Source: Chloroflexota bacterium (lineage in GTDB: Bacteria > Chloroflexota > Anaerolineae > Thermoflexales > Thermoflexaceae). From it: a stretch of 32,900 bases of DNA. The stretch spans positions 1-32,900 of the forward strand of contig JAUQQB010000001.1 of assembly GCA_030550075.1 (NCBI GenBank). The letters are read 5' to 3'. Made by a program: the position numbers and the translations under genes. Below are positions 29,102 to 32,900 of the stretch, one piece after another; position 1 is the first letter of the stretch, and every line of letters begins with the position of its first letter. The notes below the pieces were generated by a model that saw only the letters and a list, made by a program, of their open reading frames with translations, was not told the origin of the DNA and did no database searches.

Positions 29102-29135
29102 TTTCAATATATGAAAGTAATTTTCATTTTCGAAA
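29102..29135. promoter_or_regulatory. Putative IclR operator array
   Basis: TTTCA-ATATA-TGAAA (29102-29116), overlapping ATGAAA-N5-TTTCAT (29111-29127) and TTTCA-N4-CGAAA (29122-29135), in an AT-rich island just downstream of the -10. Confidence 0.6.
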
Positions 29136-29163
29136 TTTTAATCAGACATCCTTTCCCTGTCAA
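29135..29163 (-). promoter_or_regulatory. Sigma70-type promoter of the IclR operon
   Basis: TTGACA (29163-29158), 17 nt, TAAAAT (29140-29135). Confidence 0.8.
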
Positions 29164-29304
29164 GTCATAACGACCTATCCCCTGTTGGGTTCGAGGCTTG
29201 GGCTGGGGATTCGCGGCCTTCAAAAGGGGAGGGGACCTTAATTGTTTCTCTCTTCAATTTGAGATACGATAATCACACCCACGCCCGATTTCCGAGGGGC
29301 CTAG

Positions 29305-31080
29305 ATGAGAGGGCTCTACCTTTGCGGCCTGATCGTCCTGCTTGCTGTGGCCACTCTCATGCCGGTCCGGGCTCAGAGTGGTTATGACCCTACTCAGCAG
29401 ATCGCCTTTCTCCAGTATCAGGAAGCCCGCACTGTCTACCTGGGCAACTTGGCCCGCCGCGAAAATGGCGTTCCACCGCTGCGCTGGAACCGTCCGCTGA
29501 CTTATGCCGCGCGCTGGTTCTCATGGGACTCCACTGAGAACCGCCCTGCGGGCTTTTGCGGACATCAGGATTCTCTGGGTGGCTGGCCCAGCGACCGGGC
29601 CTGGCGCTTCGGTTACCTGGGCAGCGCTGGTGCCGAGAATGCCTTCTGCGGCTACGTCACCCCTGAGTACGCCATCTGGGGCTGGATGAATAGCGAGGGA
29701 CATCGGGCCAACCTGCTAGACCCCAATCACCGGGAGGTCGGTGTGGGCTACTACCGGCGTGAAAGCGACGGCCGGGGCTATGTGACCCAGGACTTCGGCA
29801 GTGACCCGGTCTACGCGCCCAGCATCATTGAGAACGAGGCTATCTCCACCACCAATCCCACCGTCAACCTTTACATTCATGACCGCCAGAAAGGAGGTGG
29901 CTTCGCAGGACTAAGCCCTGCCGTCCAGATGATGCTCGCCGAAGAGCCCTGCTTCTCCGGCGCCCTCTGGGAGGCCTACCAGCCCGAACGGACCTGGACC
30001 TTCGACGGGGGTTCCGGCTGGCGTACTGTCTACGTCCGGACCCGCGACGCGTTTAGCCGCACGCTGACTGTCAGCGACACCATCTACTTGGGCACCGACG
30101 TCCTGCTGGACGAACTGGACGGAGGCGCCGCGCCGCTTCCCCAATCCGAGGTCACCCTTTACGGCCTAGACGGCGGACCGTTCCCATACGTCCAGTTCAG
30201 CCTGGGCTGGCTGGCGGATGACACATTTGAGACGTTCAACAAATGGTGGGGCAACGGCGAGCGCGTCAACGACCCCTCGGCATGGGGCGGGACGGCCTAC
30301 CGCCTGTATCCAGGGGATGGTGAGTCCTTTGCCTGGGTGTGGGATACGGTCTTCCCCGTCCGGGAAATTCCTCTGGTGGCTTATTTCCGGCTCAAGGTCA
30401 ACAACAACACGTCCACAGCGGAGGTAGCCCGGGTTTCCGTAAAGAGTGGCAGGACGGAATACGGCCCCTTAAGGCTCAGGGGCACGGACTTCAATGCCCC
30501 GAATCAGTACCAGGAATTCGCGATCCCCTTCACCTTCCATCCAACGGAGCAGGACCCCTTTCTGATTTTCCAATTCTGGCGCAGCGGCGCGGCCGACCTG
30601 TATGTGGACGCGGTCTTCATTTTCACTGCCCCGCAGCCGGCGACCTCGCCGTTGACCTGGACTGTGCCAGGAGGAAATTACCGAGGGCAGGGAATCTGGG
30701 TCCGCTACACCGACGGGACCCGCTTTTCAGCCATCACCGAAGTGTCACCGCAGCGCCCGCACCTGTTGGTCTCCCCGGGATCCTTGGCCTTCCTGGCCCG
30801 CAGGGACGGCCCGCCCCAGGTGCTTCCAGTTCGGGTGACCGCGTTGTGCGGTTCTTTCCTCTGGCAGGCGACGGCCGACCGTTCCTGGCTGCGCCTGGAG
30901 GTAGAGAGGGATGTCCTCCGGGTTAAAGCGGACCCGGCAGGTCTCTCCGTCGGAGCCTATACAGGGACCGTGACCGTGGCTGCAGTAGATCGACCCGAGG
31001 TATCGACGGTATCTCTACCGGTTCGGCTCACTGTGGCAGAAGAGGTTTTTAGGGTCTATCTGCCCCTGGTTTGGAGATAA
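29305..31080 (+). CDS. Secreted CAP (SCP) domain protein with beta-sandwich and BACON-like domains and a C-terminal YLPLVxR motif
   Basis: Signal peptide ending VRA; CAP motifs NLARRENGVPPLRWN, AEN, WMNSEGHRANLL, EVGVG, TQDFG; BACON-like WQATADRSWL...GAYTGTVTV; ends RVYLPLVWR. Confidence 0.85.
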   Translation: MRGLYLCGLIVLLAVATLMPVRAQSGYDPTQQIAFLQYQEARTVYLGNLARRENGVPPLRWNRPLTYAARWFSWDSTENRPAGFCGHQDSLGGWPSDRAWRFGYLGSAGAENAFCGYVTPEYAIWGWMNSEGHRANLLDPNHREVGVGYYRRESDGRGYVTQDFGSDPVYAPSIIENEAISTTNPTVNLYIHDRQKGGGFAGLSPAVQMMLAEEPCFSGALWEAYQPERTWTFDGGSGWRTVYVRTRDAFSRTLTVSDTIYLGTDVLLDELDGGAAPLPQSEVTLYGLDGGPFPYVQFSLGWLADDTFETFNKWWGNGERVNDPSAWGGTAYRLYPGDGESFAWVWDTVFPVREIPLVAYFRLKVNNNTSTAEVARVSVKSGRTEYGPLRLRGTDFNAPNQYQEFAIPFTFHPTEQDPFLIFQFWRSGAADLYVDAVFIFTAPQPATSPLTWTVPGGNYRGQGIWVRYTDGTRFSAITEVSPQRPHLLVSPGSLAFLARRDGPPQVLPVRVTALCGSFLWQATADRSWLRLEVERDVLRVKADPAGLSVGAYTGTVTVAAVDRPEVSTVSLPVRLTVAEEVFRVYLPLVWR

Positions 31081-31401
31081 GCGGCATTGATATCCACCCC
31101 TTCATCGAAGCCACCAGAGCGATGGAAGCCGACAACATCCAAAAGCTCCTGCAGTAAGCGTGGTGGATCGATGGAGGCGAGCCAGACTTCCCGGCAGCAT
31201 CGGATGGCGCCCCTCAATGCCATTCGCCCAATGCTTGGTCCTCTCCCTCGCCACGTGCCAATCAAGGGACAATGCTTTCTCGTATATCCGGTAAGCATAT
31301 TCGCTTTTCGGCAATCGCCTGTAGAGATGCCGAAACGTCACTTCATCCCAATGGCCCATCCCGGGTGGAAAGCTTTTAAGCTGGAGTAACACAACCTTCA
31401 A
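31081..31401 (-). pseudogene. Possible degenerate gene remnant
   Basis: Two overlapping short ORFs in different frames with protein-like segments (TFRHLYRRLPKSEYAYRIYEKAL; WLASIDPPRLLQELL). The sequence is less GC-rich than its neighbours by eye. Confidence 0.25.
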
Positions 31402-31539
31402 CCGGATCCTCCGGATCAGCCAGCTGGTTTAGGGTTCGGACCCAAAAAGTGAATTGTCCCACCATCCGTTCGGTCGCATACTGAGATCATGACTTGCCTC
31501 GTGTGCGGTCCAATGGATCGCGCGGGAATCCAGCCGGAC

Positions 31540-31609
31540 AATCGGGGTCCTGGAAGGTCCCTCCCAGGGGGGTTGCTTCCAGGACTTCCTTCTGCATTTC
31601 AACCCGATT
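31540..31609 (+). promoter_or_regulatory. Structured 5' leader upstream of the FAD oxidoreductase
   Basis: 10-bp stem GTCCTGGAAG/CTTCCAGGAC (31547-31585) nested in AATCGGG/CCCGATT, ending just before the GGAGG RBS. Confidence 0.35.
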
Positions 31610-31623
31610 TCGGAGGCATACCG

Positions 31624-32784
31624 ATGGACTGGCCCACAACCGCCGATGTGGTGATCGTCGGCGGCGGGGTGATGGGCTTGAGCGCCGCCTATCACCTCCT
31701 GAAGAAATCCCCCGGCCTGCGCGTGGTCGTCCTCGAAAAAGGACCCTTCTTCGGCTGTGGCTCCACGAGCAAGGCTGCCGGCGGCTTCCGCCACCAGTTC
31801 GCCACGGAGATCAACATCCGCCTCTCGCTCCTCAGCGTCGCGATGATGGAGCGTTTCCCCGAGGACCCCGGCGCTCCCCTCGCCATGCACTTCTGCGGCT
31901 ATCTCTTCCTCCTCACCCGCGAGGAGGACGTGGCTGAGTTCCGCGCCCAGGTGGACCTGCAACGCCGCCTGGGCGTCCCCACGGAATGGCTCGACGGGGA
32001 GGAGATCCGCCGCCGCCTGCCCATGATGCGCCTCGAGGACGTCATCGCCGGGACGTTCTGCTCCCGCGATGGATTGCTCAGCCCGATGGACCTGGTGAAC
32101 GGCTACGCGGCCGGCGCCCGCCGCCTCGGGGGGCGTCTCTTCACCGATACGCCGGTGACCGGGATCCGAACCCGCAGCGGACGGATCGAGGCGGTGCTCA
32201 CCCCGGCCGGGGAGATCGCCACGCCGATTGTGGTCAACGCCGCCGGCGCCTGGGCCGCCCAGATCGGCCGGATGGTCGGCGTGGACCTCCCCATTCGCCC
32301 CTACCGGCGCCAGTATCTGGTGACCACGCCGATCCCGGAGATCCCGCCCGATTTCCCCATGGTGATCGATTTCGCCCAAAGCCTTTATTTCCATCGGGAA
32401 GGGGAGGGGATCCTGACCGGCATGTCGAACCGGGCGGAGCCGCCCGGGTTCAACGAGCAGCTGGACCCGGAGTGGGAATTGATCCATATGGAAGCGGCCA
32501 TCTCCCGGATGCCGCTGTTAGAGCACGCCGGCGTGCGGGCCCGGGTGGTCGGCCTCTACGAGGTGACGCCGGATGCGCATCCGATCATCGGGCGCGTCCC
32601 CGCGGTGGAGGGGTTTTACGTGGTGGCCGGCTTCAGCGGCCACGGGGTGATGCATGGCCCCATCGCCGGCCTGCTGATGGCCGAGGAGATCCTGGAGGGA
32701 CAGGCCCGCACCTTAGACATCACGCCGCTCCGGTGGGAGCGGTTTGTGCAGGCTCCTCGTTTCGCGGAATATAACGTGATTTGA
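31624..32784 (+). CDS. FAD-dependent oxidoreductase, DAO / sarcosine oxidase beta-like
   Basis: Start re-placed at ATG 31624 (GGAGG RBS). DVVIVGGGVMG, GSTSKAAG, VVNAAGAWA, TPDAHPIIG, GFSGHGVMHGP. Confidence 0.92.
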   Translation: MDWPTTADVVIVGGGVMGLSAAYHLLKKSPGLRVVVLEKGPFFGCGSTSKAAGGFRHQFATEINIRLSLLSVAMMERFPEDPGAPLAMHFCGYLFLLTREEDVAEFRAQVDLQRRLGVPTEWLDGEEIRRRLPMMRLEDVIAGTFCSRDGLLSPMDLVNGYAAGARRLGGRLFTDTPVTGIRTRSGRIEAVLTPAGEIATPIVVNAAGAWAAQIGRMVGVDLPIRPYRRQYLVTTPIPEIPPDFPMVIDFAQSLYFHREGEGILTGMSNRAEPPGFNEQLDPEWELIHMEAAISRMPLLEHAGVRARVVGLYEVTPDAHPIIGRVPAVEGFYVVAGFSGHGVMHGPIAGLLMAEEILEGQARTLDITPLRWERFVQAPRFAEYNVI

Positions 32785-32900
32785 GGGAACGGGGGGCCGA
32801 GATCAGGCGATGCCCGAGTAACTATTCAGCCGGGCCACATTCCGTTTGGAGCTCCCGCGAAGCGGCGGAAGGGCCCCACCCCCCTTTCTCCCCCCTCCCC

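Noticed and set aside
31429-32487. 352-aa minus-strand ORF
   Set aside because: Antisense shadow of the FAD oxidoreductase.

Overview
High-GC bacterial window, most likely Chloroflexota (inferred from a C-terminal YLPLVxR motif and Pro/Thr-linker lipoproteins; not proven). It holds two long minus-strand catabolic operons and two plus-strand genes. Operon 1 (16616 to <1) is an apparent LacI-controlled beta-glucan locus, probably for beta-1,2-glucan. Its order is: GH94 phosphorylase, lipoprotein sugar SBP, 950-aa multidomain SBP, permease pair, NHL/TPR/Yip1-like membrane protein, DUF5696-like secreted protein, second permease pair, GH144-like lipoprotein glucanase, and LacI (truncated; missed by the ORF track). 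It has no ATPase in the window. This extended two-transporter module with two uncharacterised accessory proteins is the best candidate for an undescribed system. Operon 2 (29098 to 17237) is IclR-led: acyl-CoA dehydrogenase, HemL-like class III aminotransferase, class III CoA-transferase, a short degenerate acyl-CoA dehydrogenase, C45 Ntn-hydrolase, and a complete Dpp/Opp ABC importer. It looks like an unassigned N-acyl/amino-acyl catabolic pathway. Then come a secreted CAP-domain protein and a DAO-family FAD oxidoreductase. Notable fine structure: periodic or palindromic DNA repeats inside three signal-peptide coding regions, an orphan Shine-Dalgarno plus a 16-bp hairpin bracketing the sugar SBP gene, and clear promoter and operator sites. 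Family calls come from motifs read by eye; no searches were run.
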